The position numbers and the translations under genes were made by a program. From a virus: a stretch of 64,000 bases of DNA. How positions within the stretch are numbered: the stretch's first letter is position 1; each line of letters begins with the position of its first letter. This document shows, piece by piece, positions 55,703 to 63,398 of this stretch. The stretch covers positions 96,001 to 160,000 of IMG/VR virus record IMGVR_UViG_3300032820_000001; one strand, 5' to 3'. The notes under the pieces are model-generated. The model was not told the origin of the DNA. It searched no databases and saw nothing but the letters and a program-made list of their open reading frames with translations.

Positions 55703-56957
55703 TTCTCGCCTCTGCTTCGAGCTCCTCGCGGTGTGTGCAGTGATCCAAAACAATTGAAGAAAATTTATTATACATTTTTTCTGCCTCAAACTCTTCTTCA
55801 ACAAATTTCTTCAACTTCTTTGCCTTGTTGGAGGCCAACTGATAGTCCTTGTAAACATCTCTCATTTTGCTTTTTGCAGAGTTGTCCTTGGGATACGCCC
55901 ACATAGAATCTGGAGTTATAACCCCTTCCCAGACAGACTCCTTTTGAACTTTATGTAAGTCATAAGAAACTTTCCCAAAAAGACCTTTTCTTTTTGTCTT
56001 TCCTTTTTTATCCTTCTGGGGGGCGTAGAGAAAGTCCATATGGCCACTCCAATCTGTGGCGATAATTGGTAAGTCATTGTAGGTCGCTTCAAAGAGGGGG
56101 AGGCCGAAGCCTTCTCCGTGAGCCAACGATACCATACACTTAATTTTGTCATGACGATAGAGTGTAGTCATCTCTTCGTCTGAGAGTCTCCCGTGTAAAA
56201 GATAGATCTTACATTTTCTATCTGGATATTTCTTAACTAGGTTTTTTAATAGACTTTCGGTACCGAGCTTATCGTATGTTGATCCGCCCCTAATTGCGGT
56301 TTTTAAAACAAGACCTACATCCTCCTCATCCTTGAATTCCTCAACAAAGTTCAAAATTGTCTTTTCAAGATTCTTTCTCTGACCCCATAAAGCGACAGAT
56401 AAAAAATTAAAAGAAGTTTCAAATTCAAAATTGACCTTAGCAGGTTTATATTTTTTAACCGGATACCCAACAACTGATATTGGGGTTTCACAAACTAAGT
56501 CAGATACATGTTCACCACTGTTATTCGTTAGGGGATATTTGGTGTTTTCAAATCCGCGTTTTGCGTGTTCTGAAACTACAATTATCTTGTCCATTTCGTT
56601 GGCCTTTTGGAGCCAAATTGGGGCGATCTTGGTTGTTTCGATCCCTGCCGTTACACCGATATTTACTTTGGCCATCTTCTCAAATTCATTTGGAATTGTC
56701 ACCTGCAACGATATGTCAAAATCTAAGTTCTCTTTATTTTGGCTGATATAGTTGGCAGTTTTCCCGATAAGACCATCGATCCACTCTCGCTCTTCGGAAT
56801 CTTCAAATATCCATCCCGTTTTGCCCCAATTAAGGTTGTGAAAATATATATCAAAAATATCCTCTCTGGTGCGGAGAGCTCTCAAAACGAAACGTGCATG
56901 CTCTCCATACCCAGACGCGGTGAGGGCTGGGCCTTTTACAATTACTTTCTTTTTCAT
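55689..56957 (-). CDS. Glycosyltransferase family 4 (GT-B), 422 aa
   Basis: SGYG..AR, RKNL and EGFGLPLFEA. Confidence 0.9.
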   Translation of the reverse strand: MKKKVIVKGPALTASGYGEHARFVLRALRTREDIFDIYFHNLNWGKTGWIFEDSEEREWIDGLIGKTANYISQNKENLDFDISLQVTIPNEFEKMAKVNIGVTAGIETTKIAPIWLQKANEMDKIIVVSEHAKRGFENTKYPLTNNSGEHVSDLVCETPISVVGYPVKKYKPAKVNFEFETSFNFLSVALWGQRKNLEKTILNFVEEFKDEEDVGLVLKTAIRGGSTYDKLGTESLLKNLVKKYPDRKCKIYLLHGRLSDEEMTTLYRHDKIKCMVSLAHGEGFGLPLFEATYNDLPIIATDWSGHMDFLYAPQKDKKGKTKRKGLFGKVSYDLHKVQKESVWEGVITPDSMWAYPKDNSAKSKMRDVYKDYQLASNKAKKLKKFVEEEFEAEKMYNKFSSIVLDHCTHREELEAEARNVFM

Positions 56958-58216
56958 ACAATCTCCTTCAGCGTCCAGTTATTATATTTTTTTCTTTCTG
57001 CCCAGGAGCCATAATCTACCATCGCCTTTTCAATCAGGTCAGCCCATGTCTTTTGGAAGTTCTCAAAATTATAATTCTTATCAACGTGTTCCTTGCCAAG
57101 TTGTCCAAGTTTCTTTCTCTCATCTTCTGACATTTCGAACATCTTTTGCATGGCATCCGTAACATCTTTTCCGTTGAGGCGATCTTCGAAGATCCAGGGA
57201 ATCTCCTGTGAGCCTATGATTGCTTTGGATGATGGTTCGATGCCGAAGCCGAAGAAGTTCTCGCCGTCCGTGACCTGCTCTTGGAGACCACCTGTCATCG
57301 TAGCAATGATTGGGGTTTCACATGCCAGTGATTCAAGAGTCGCCAAACCAAATCCTTCGGCATCGGAGACGTTTATCGTGCAATCGGCCATGTTATATAA
57401 GTGTGCCAAGTCTTGTGGTGGCAACTTTGCAGTCGAAAACATAACTTGCCCATTGGCCATGCCAAGTTCTTTTATAATAACCTCTAAGTCCTGACCATGT
57501 GGATCTTTGACGTCAGTGTGCATAATTAGGCATGTTTTGTCATCGCCAATGCGGTCTAACAAATCCTTATACCAATAGATGAGGGAGCCGCTTTGTTTTC
57601 TTCGAGCATTTCTATTGTTCCAAAAGAAGATAAACTTATCTTCTCCTTTGATTTTTTCCATTACTCTGTTTTTATATTTTATTATTTCATCGCCCGGAAG
57701 AGGCTTGAAGATCTCCTGGTTCACCGCGTGGGGAACGTAGTGGCATTCTACTTCGGGTGCCACCGTTCGAACTATATCGTCCGTGACCTTGGAGATTGTA
57801 GCAATTACATCATTAGATAAATAATGTTTTCTATTGAATGTCGGGTAAGGGTAATTATCCCAAACGTGATAATAAACCAAGGGGCACAGCGCACGAATCT
57901 CGTCATCTATTTCCCACAACCAACCCCAGAAGCGGGGATCGGTCATTATCCACACCATGTCTATCTTTTCAGTTCTTAAAAACGAACGAATTAGATCTGG
58001 TGTTCCGTAGCCGTCGACGGGATGAGTAATCCAATCTTCTCCATACTCTTCGGTTTTGGTGGGATTATAATTGCCGTGTTTAACGGCGCCTCCCAGAGAA
58101 ATAACTTTGTATTTTCCCGTTTTCATCAAAGCATCAATAACATACTTTGTCTGTGTTCCGACACCACTTGGTGAAAATGGGTGATCGGAAATTGTTAAAA
58201 TCTTTTTCTTTGTCAT
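56954..58216 (-). CDS. Glycosyltransferase family 4 (GT-B), about 420 aa
   Basis: SGVG, NRNARRKQ and EGFGLATLES. ATG 58216 follows AGGGG. Confidence 0.9.
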   Translation of the reverse strand: MTKKKILTISDHPFSPSGVGTQTKYVIDALMKTGKYKVISLGGAVKHGNYNPTKTEEYGEDWITHPVDGYGTPDLIRSFLRTEKIDMVWIMTDPRFWGWLWEIDDEIRALCPLVYYHVWDNYPYPTFNRKHYLSNDVIATISKVTDDIVRTVAPEVECHYVPHAVNQEIFKPLPGDEIIKYKNRVMEKIKGEDKFIFFWNNRNARRKQSGSLIYWYKDLLDRIGDDKTCLIMHTDVKDPHGQDLEVIIKELGMANGQVMFSTAKLPPQDLAHLYNMADCTINVSDAEGFGLATLESLACETPIIATMTGGLQEQVTDGENFFGFGIEPSSKAIIGSQEIPWIFEDRLNGKDVTDAMQKMFEMSEDERKKLGQLGKEHVDKNYNFENFQKTWADLIEKAMVDYGSWAERKKYNNWTLKEIV

Positions 58217-58224
58217 AGTTTCCC

Positions 58225-59007
58225 CTACGGGCAATGTGTCGTCCCCCTAAACTCACATCGATTACAGGACAGACGATTCTTAACATAGTTTTGCCTATCA
58301 ATATTATAAACCGATTGTTCCAAAAGTTTAAGGGCATTATTTGTCTTTTTTTCTCCCGATGTAACACGGAAGAATTCAACCCTATCTTTTTTGCCTGTTC
58401 TCTTGAGGAGAGCAAAATAAGTTTCAATATTTTCTTTTGGAATTCCTCGTTTTTCTGAAATGAAATGCTTGTAATAAGTCAGTTGATATGTCACCATTGG
58501 ATCTGTGCGTTTCCGCATGTCCCAACCCCAGCTGCAGGATTTCCAGTCAATGACATGATACTTTCCATCTGGGGTTTTGATGATACAATCCACATATCCC
58601 TTGAAGGAATACTGGTCATCTGTATCTAATCTTAATTTTTCATTTATCTCTTCCTCTGAAGAGACAAGATCAAACTCTCCAAAGTATTCTTTGAGGGCTG
58701 GTAATATGTGAGGGATTATTTCCCTCCCTTGCTCTAGGAACACTTTGGCATCATCCATCGATGGTGCAACATCGGGAGGAAGAATTTTCAACTCTTCGAC
58801 GAGCTGTTTTTTGAAATATTCCTCTGGTTCAAAGGATTTCTTAATTTGGTTGCTAATAAGCATAGCTTCACAAGTGTCGTGAATAGCTTTTCCAAAGGCG
58901 GTATAAACGTTTCCTTGGAAAACTTTTAATTTATCTATTCTCGTTAGCTTATGGTAAAAGGCACAAAATTTCCAGTCTTTAATAGCGGAAAATGATACGT
59001 GTGGCAA
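58225..59007 (-). CDS. PD-(D/E)XK RecB/Cas4-like nuclease with an Fe-S-type Cys staple
   Basis: GYVD, IDWK and YQLTYY motifs. One N-terminal Cys plus C-terminal CNRC...HCP. TTG start. Confidence 0.85.
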   Translation of the reverse strand: MPHVSFSAIKDWKFCAFYHKLTRIDKLKVFQGNVYTAFGKAIHDTCEAMLISNQIKKSFEPEEYFKKQLVEELKILPPDVAPSMDDAKVFLEQGREIIPHILPALKEYFGEFDLVSSEEEINEKLRLDTDDQYSFKGYVDCIIKTPDGKYHVIDWKSCSWGWDMRKRTDPMVTYQLTYYKHFISEKRGIPKENIETYFALLKRTGKKDRVEFFRVTSGEKKTNNALKLLEQSVYNIDRQNYVKNRLSCNRCEFRGTTHCP

Positions 59008-59009
59008 AA

Positions 59010-59363
59010 TTAGCTCTCTTTCTTTTTATATGTCCTCTTTTTTGTCTTTGCCTTCTTTTGGGGGGCAACACTTGGAGGAGCATCAATATTTTCTTTTTTC
59101 TTATTATTCAAGGCCAATTTCTGTGTTTTTTCCACAAATAATGAAAAAATCCACGTTCCATCGTGCCTTGAATTATTATCATGATTATCTATTGTATCAT
59201 GTGAAATACATTTGTCAAGCTTAAAATCATCGTTTTCAAGCATTGTTTGCACCATTTTCGTAGTAATGGTCATACGAGGATCTCTTGCCATAATCCTCTT
59301 TTTAAGTGATAAACAAATCGTCACTTCATTATTATCTTTATTTACAACGATCTCTTTCTTCAT
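59010..59363 (-). CDS. Hypothetical protein with a Lys-rich C-terminus, 117 aa
   Basis: ORF with ATGA coupling to the upstream gene. Confidence 0.7.
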   Translation of the reverse strand: MKKEIVVNKDNNEVTICLSLKKRIMARDPRMTITTKMVQTMLENDDFKLDKCISHDTIDNHDNNSRHDGTWIFSLFVEKTQKLALNNKKKENIDAPPSVAPQKKAKTKKRTYKKKES

Positions 59364-60013
59364 ACAAATTTCTCTCCCAAGTTATCTAACAACTCTTCAA
59401 TCTTAAAATAAACAGCTGGACTAAACAACTTTACGTGCTTTGCTTCCCTCATGAAATACTCCTCAAACGCAATTGCAAAATATTCTCTTACTGACGTGGC
59501 CGCATAGGGCGACAGGAAAAGACCAGAAGCAAAGTTTCTTAATAGTGGATATCCAATATCTAAATAGAGGAAATCATCAAACTTTTCCGAATATTCTGCA
59601 TTAAAGAAGTCTAAACCGCTTAAATCATATCCATGTGATGACAGAATTTCATAGAGTTTTTTTCTTTTTCCCAAAAATTCTGTTTCAATTGTCTCGTCCT
59701 CATAAATTTGTGGGAGTAATTCTTCAATTGAATGGGCCACCTCGTGAACCACGCTCAAGAGGGCAGTTTCGTCATCTTCTATATTTGAGGACATATAAAT
59801 GATGCCATCTTGATATACTGAATCTACTTCTCGATCTCTGAGGTAATCGGAATTGCTTATAAGTATATAATCCAAATCTTGTGTCAGCGGCTGTGGGAGC
59901 TTTTTCTGCACAGCTTTCAGAACTGCCTGTACATTGAAGGACGCCTTATCCTGAATGATGACTGGAATTCTGTTATACAATAACAATTCTTTTTGTTCTC
60001 TATTAACTATCAT
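59360..60013 (-). CDS. HExxH zinc-metallopeptidase-like protein, 217 aa
   Basis: VVHEVAH with downstream REYFAIAFE (zincin third-ligand Glu). Confidence 0.65.
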   Translation of the reverse strand: MIVNREQKELLLYNRIPVIIQDKASFNVQAVLKAVQKKLPQPLTQDLDYILISNSDYLRDREVDSVYQDGIIYMSSNIEDDETALLSVVHEVAHSIEELLPQIYEDETIETEFLGKRKKLYEILSSHGYDLSGLDFFNAEYSEKFDDFLYLDIGYPLLRNFASGLFLSPYAATSVREYFAIAFEEYFMREAKHVKLFSPAVYFKIEELLDNLGEKFV

Positions 60014-61320
60014 AAAATTTTAGCCGCAAGTGTTGCCACTTCGCTTCGCTCACCTTTTTTAAACGACACATGGCCGCCTAAGCTATATTCTTTAAATTTC
60101 TCCACCGCGTGGGTGAGACCATTAGAGGTCTCATCAACATAAGCATTATCTATTTGTTCTATATCTCCCGTCAATACCAATTTAGAATCTTCTCCCACTC
60201 TTGTTATTATAGTCTTTAATTCGTGTCTTGTTAAATTTTGAGCTTCATCAATGACAATAAAAGCCTTTGAAATAGATCTTCCACGAATATAAGTGATAGC
60301 TTCCATCTCTATTGTACCACGATCTAAGTATTCTTGCAACATTAATTTATCATTTCCCATGAGGAATTGAAGATTATCTTGGATTGGGGTAAGCCACGGG
60401 GCCATTTTCTCTTCCATTGTGCCGGGTAGAAAACCAATGTCCTTTCCAAGTGGTTGTATTGGCCTCGAAACAATTAAGCGAGTGTAATCTCCGGAAGCCA
60501 TGACTTGCTCAAGGCCGGCAGATAAGGCACATAATGTTTTGCCAGTCCCAGCAGATCCAAGCAGACTGACTACAGGAATCCTTCTATCAAAAAGGATATC
60601 CATAGCAAACTGTTGTTCTTTGTTACGGGGAGAAATTCCATAGGTAGTCTTTTTGTTAAAAATCTTACGGAGTGGTTTGCCGGGCTCTATAAATCTCGCA
60701 AGGGCCGTCTTATTCTTGTCTGACTGTGATTTCAGCAGAAGAAACTGATTGGGGTTGAGATCATCGCACTTTAACTTAAAATTCTTTCCAGCATAAAACT
60801 TGTCTATTTTCTCATCGGATATTGTCCTCTCTGTAAATCCAGTATATACTTCGTCTCCAGACTCAAGAACTTGATCTGGATTATAATCTTGAGTTGGGAG
60901 GCCCAGGGCATCACATATTACTCTCATATTAACATCGCGAGATACAAGGATAACATTAACTTTGGGTCGGTTTTTTCTCTCCTGCATTGCTGTTGCAATT
61001 ATCTTGTGGTCGGGGATTTCTGGGGAGAGGTCATCTGGGAGGTATTTATGTACGTCTACATCACTTGGTCTTACTCTTAGAATTCCTTTTCCCTTTTGAA
61101 TTCGGACTCCTTTATATAAAGATCCTATCTCTCGCATATCATCGAATATGCGGATAATAGTTCGAGCGTTCGATCCCACTGAGTCTTGTCTCTTCTTATG
61201 CTTGTCGATCTCTTCTAGCACCTTCATTGGGACAATAATATCGTTTGTTCCATATGCATAAACAGAATTGGCATTTGTCAGAAAAACGCTCGTATCGAGA
61301 ACGTAGGTACATTTTTTCAT
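60010..61320 (-). CDS. phoH: PIN-domain PhoH-family ATPase
   Basis: PIN residues VLDTSVF, EEID, PDHKI and SRD. Walker A GSAGTGKT, RGRS, Walker B IDEAQN, GDIEQID. Confidence 0.94.
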   Translation of the reverse strand: MKKCTYVLDTSVFLTNANSVYAYGTNDIIVPMKVLEEIDKHKKRQDSVGSNARTIIRIFDDMREIGSLYKGVRIQKGKGILRVRPSDVDVHKYLPDDLSPEIPDHKIIATAMQERKNRPKVNVILVSRDVNMRVICDALGLPTQDYNPDQVLESGDEVYTGFTERTISDEKIDKFYAGKNFKLKCDDLNPNQFLLLKSQSDKNKTALARFIEPGKPLRKIFNKKTTYGISPRNKEQQFAMDILFDRRIPVVSLLGSAGTGKTLCALSAGLEQVMASGDYTRLIVSRPIQPLGKDIGFLPGTMEEKMAPWLTPIQDNLQFLMGNDKLMLQEYLDRGTIEMEAITYIRGRSISKAFIVIDEAQNLTRHELKTIITRVGEDSKLVLTGDIEQIDNAYVDETSNGLTHAVEKFKEYSLGGHVSFKKGERSEVATLAAKIL

Positions 61321-61359
61321 AAACTCTTTCTTTCGATATCTCTTTTAAACCTTCTATTC

Positions 61360-61382
61360 TAAATAGTTTTCCATAACTATTT
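61360..61382. promoter_or_regulatory. Inverted repeat AAATAGTT-N6-AACTATTT in the divergent phoH/protease gap
   Basis: Read directly; each arm is a copy of the AACTATTT motif pointing outward. Confidence 0.55.
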
Positions 61383-61427
61383 CTGAATAAGTTTTGCTTT
61401 TTGTGTGGATTAATGGTAATTACTAAT

Positions 61428-62120
61428 ATGAAAAAACTATTCCTTATTCCACTGTTAAGTATTCTTTTCTTAGTCTCCAGCTGTGCCTTCACAAACCTTT
61501 TCACGAAAAACCTGCTAGATCAAAGAAGGAAGTCCTTTGTGGGTCTTACAAAATTTGTTTTCAACGCCGAAAAACAGATGGTTGGAATGTCCTCGGCATC
61601 GGGAGCAATTATAGGCCATCACAATAAAAAGACTTATATTTTAACTGCAAGACACTTCTGCGATGAAGAGAAAGACGGGCTTCTCGATGTAATTAACGCG
61701 CATACTCAAAGGGCCATAACGGTGGAAACCAAGGTAATCAAAAAAAGTAATGATATTGATGCATGCATCTTGGAATCAGATAAGCTACCAGAAAGGGCTA
61801 TCAGTATAGCTTTATCAAAACCAGAAATTGGTGAAAAGGTTTATAACCTCGCTGCACCGCAAGGTGTCTTTGGTGAAGATCTCATAATGCTCTTTGAGGG
61901 ATTTTACTCCGGCGTTTTGAAGGGGGATGGTTTTCATAATCCCGATGCTGATATATATTCTCTCCCGGCGAATCCAGGCAGCTCTGGATCTCCCATTATA
62001 AATTCAAGAGGTAAACTCGTGGGAATGGTTTGGGCAATCCATTCAAGATTCCACCACATCACTCTATCAGTCCCTTATGATAAGATGAAAAAATTTGTAA
62101 ATTCTGTTTTGCCCAAATAA
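61428..62120 (+). CDS. Trypsin-like serine protease (S1), predicted lipoprotein, 230 aa
   Basis: Signal MKKLFLIPLLSILFLVSSC (lipobox-like). Catalytic triad TARHFC / DIDAC / PGSSGSP. Confidence 0.85.
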   Translation: MKKLFLIPLLSILFLVSSCAFTNLFTKNLLDQRRKSFVGLTKFVFNAEKQMVGMSSASGAIIGHHNKKTYILTARHFCDEEKDGLLDVINAHTQRAITVETKVIKKSNDIDACILESDKLPERAISIALSKPEIGEKVYNLAAPQGVFGEDLIMLFEGFYSGVLKGDGFHNPDADIYSLPANPGSSGSPIINSRGKLVGMVWAIHSRFHHITLSVPYDKMKKFVNSVLPK

Positions 62121-62135
62121 CATCCGGGGTTTGAA

Positions 62136-62810
62136 ATGGTACGCAAAGCGAAGATGCCTTTATCTAAGAAAAGAGAAGAGGCAAAAATAAAAAAAATAAG
62201 ACTAAGCTTCCAATTCAAAAAAGCGGAATTTCTGGAAGCTGAAATAATTTTAGAGGATGCAATCGAGGGCTTTAACAATCGATTTGAAACCGGGCGGAAA
62301 CCGAAGAAGATAATTGAACCAACGGCGCAGTGTGATTCAACAGAAATGATGAAAGGTCAAGAACGAGGACATCGAGCAGAAGAGGAAATTCCAAAAATAG
62401 AAAAAGAAATTTGGGATAACGAAGAAGAAATTTTCGGAAGAGATAAAGATCTCAGGGAATTATTTAAAAAAATAGCTATTAAGACACACCCTGATAAATT
62501 AAAAGATGTAGATGATAACGAGAGAGAATATAAAATAAATTTATATAAGGAAGCTGCGAATGCAGTTAAGAACGGGGATGGAGCCTCACTTCTGGAGATT
62601 GCCTATGAATTGTCTGTTCAATTCAAAGTGGATAAGGACAAGGAAATAAGTTGGCTAAACCAGAAAAACAAAGAACTTGATCAATCTATTTTAAATATAA
62701 AACAAACCGCCGAGTGGATTTGGTTCCACTCAAACGGCTTTAATAGAGAGATTGTTGAAAAGAGAATAACCGATCAGTTGGGGTTTAAATTGAAGGAAGA
62801 TTTACTTTAG
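62136..62810 (+). CDS. J-domain (DnaJ-like co-chaperone) protein, 224 aa
   Basis: LRELFKKIAIKTHPDK (helix II plus HPD) in the middle of the protein, flanked by coiled coils. Confidence 0.8.
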   Translation: MVRKAKMPLSKKREEAKIKKIRLSFQFKKAEFLEAEIILEDAIEGFNNRFETGRKPKKIIEPTAQCDSTEMMKGQERGHRAEEEIPKIEKEIWDNEEEIFGRDKDLRELFKKIAIKTHPDKLKDVDDNEREYKINLYKEAANAVKNGDGASLLEIAYELSVQFKVDKDKEISWLNQKNKELDQSILNIKQTAEWIWFHSNGFNREIVEKRITDQLGFKLKEDLL

Positions 62811-63068
62811 GCGGCATGTACTATAAGTAATACACCATTCGCCTTCACAAACCATCTCAGTTTCAAACTCCGTACAAATTTTCGGATGGCCGCAGAGCTC
62901 TTCGTATTTGCCGGCATCCATATCCTCTCTCACAGAGGCGTCGAGGTTTTCGCAAACTGCAGCGCGGGGGATTATAATTTCCTGCGCTGCGAACGATTCT
63001 GTTTGTACGTGAGTGTCTGTACCGCAAGCAAACATTGCGGGTAAACTAAATAAAAGTAGTTTTTTCAT
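62802..63068 (-). CDS. Cys-rich putative lipoprotein, 88 aa
   Basis: MKKLLLFSLPAMFAC lipobox and six further Cys. AAGGA RBS before ATG 63068. Confidence 0.7.
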   Translation of the reverse strand: MKKLLLFSLPAMFACGTDTHVQTESFAAQEIIIPRAAVCENLDASVREDMDAGKYEELCGHPKICTEFETEMVCEGEWCITYSTCRLK

Positions 63069-63070
63069 TT

Positions 63071-63244
63071 TTAATCCTTGTAACATCCGTAATCCCATTT
63101 TTCGTCTTCCGTGAGAAGTTGTTTATCTCCTCTCTTACCCTCATTTGATAAAAGCATAACTTTAACCATTTGTCCCTCTTTGAGTTTCGATATATAAATC
63201 AAAGCTTCTTCTTTTGTCATTTTTAGAACAGGAATTTCGAACAT
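63071..63244 (-). CDS. Small hypothetical protein, 57 aa (MFEIPVLKMTKEEAL...DYGCYKD), absent from the ORF track
   Basis: AAAGGAG RBS, ATG 63244, TAA at 63073-63071; fills the gap exactly. Confidence 0.7.
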   Translation of the reverse strand: MFEIPVLKMTKEEALIYISKLKEGQMVKVMLLSNEGKRGDKQLLTEDEKWDYGCYKD

Positions 63245-63276
63245 AATAAATTCTCCTTTATTGAGTGATTTGTGAA

Positions 63277-63314
63277 TTCGTCATATTAAGTAATGACGAA
63301 CATACATTTTAACA
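63277..63314 (-). promoter_or_regulatory. Extended -10 promoter TGTTAAAAT (63306-63314) with an 8-bp inverted repeat TTCGTCAT-N8-ATGACGAA (63277-63300) at the presumed +1
   Basis: Read directly from the intergenic sequence. Confidence 0.55.
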
Positions 63315-63345
63315 CAAAAATAAAGAAAAATAAAGCTCTTTTAAC

Positions 63346-63374
63346 AAAAAAAGGCCCCGAATTGGGGCCTTTTT
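63346..63374. terminator. Bidirectional intrinsic terminator
   Basis: A7-GGCCCC-GAATT-GGGGCC-T5, downstream of the beta-barrel gene. Confidence 0.9.
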
Positions 63375-63398
63375 AATATTCATTATTATTATTTAAAT

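Noticed and set aside
54968-55804. ORF-track long starts (55804, and likewise 2153, 7782, 12379, 58234, 61401, 63098)
   Set aside because: The extensions lie inside upstream genes or lack an RBS; downstream ATGs have SD sequences, signal peptides or stop-start coupling.
58225-59007. CRISPR-Cas system suggested by the Cas4-like gene
   Set aside because: No repeat-spacer array and no cas1/cas2 or effector gene in the window.
62-61080. Numerous plus-strand ORFs of 60-200 aa (e.g. 1199..1663, 11903..12523, 19650..20147, 41787..42275)
   Set aside because: They are antisense to well-supported genes, have unnatural composition, and show no motifs or RBS.
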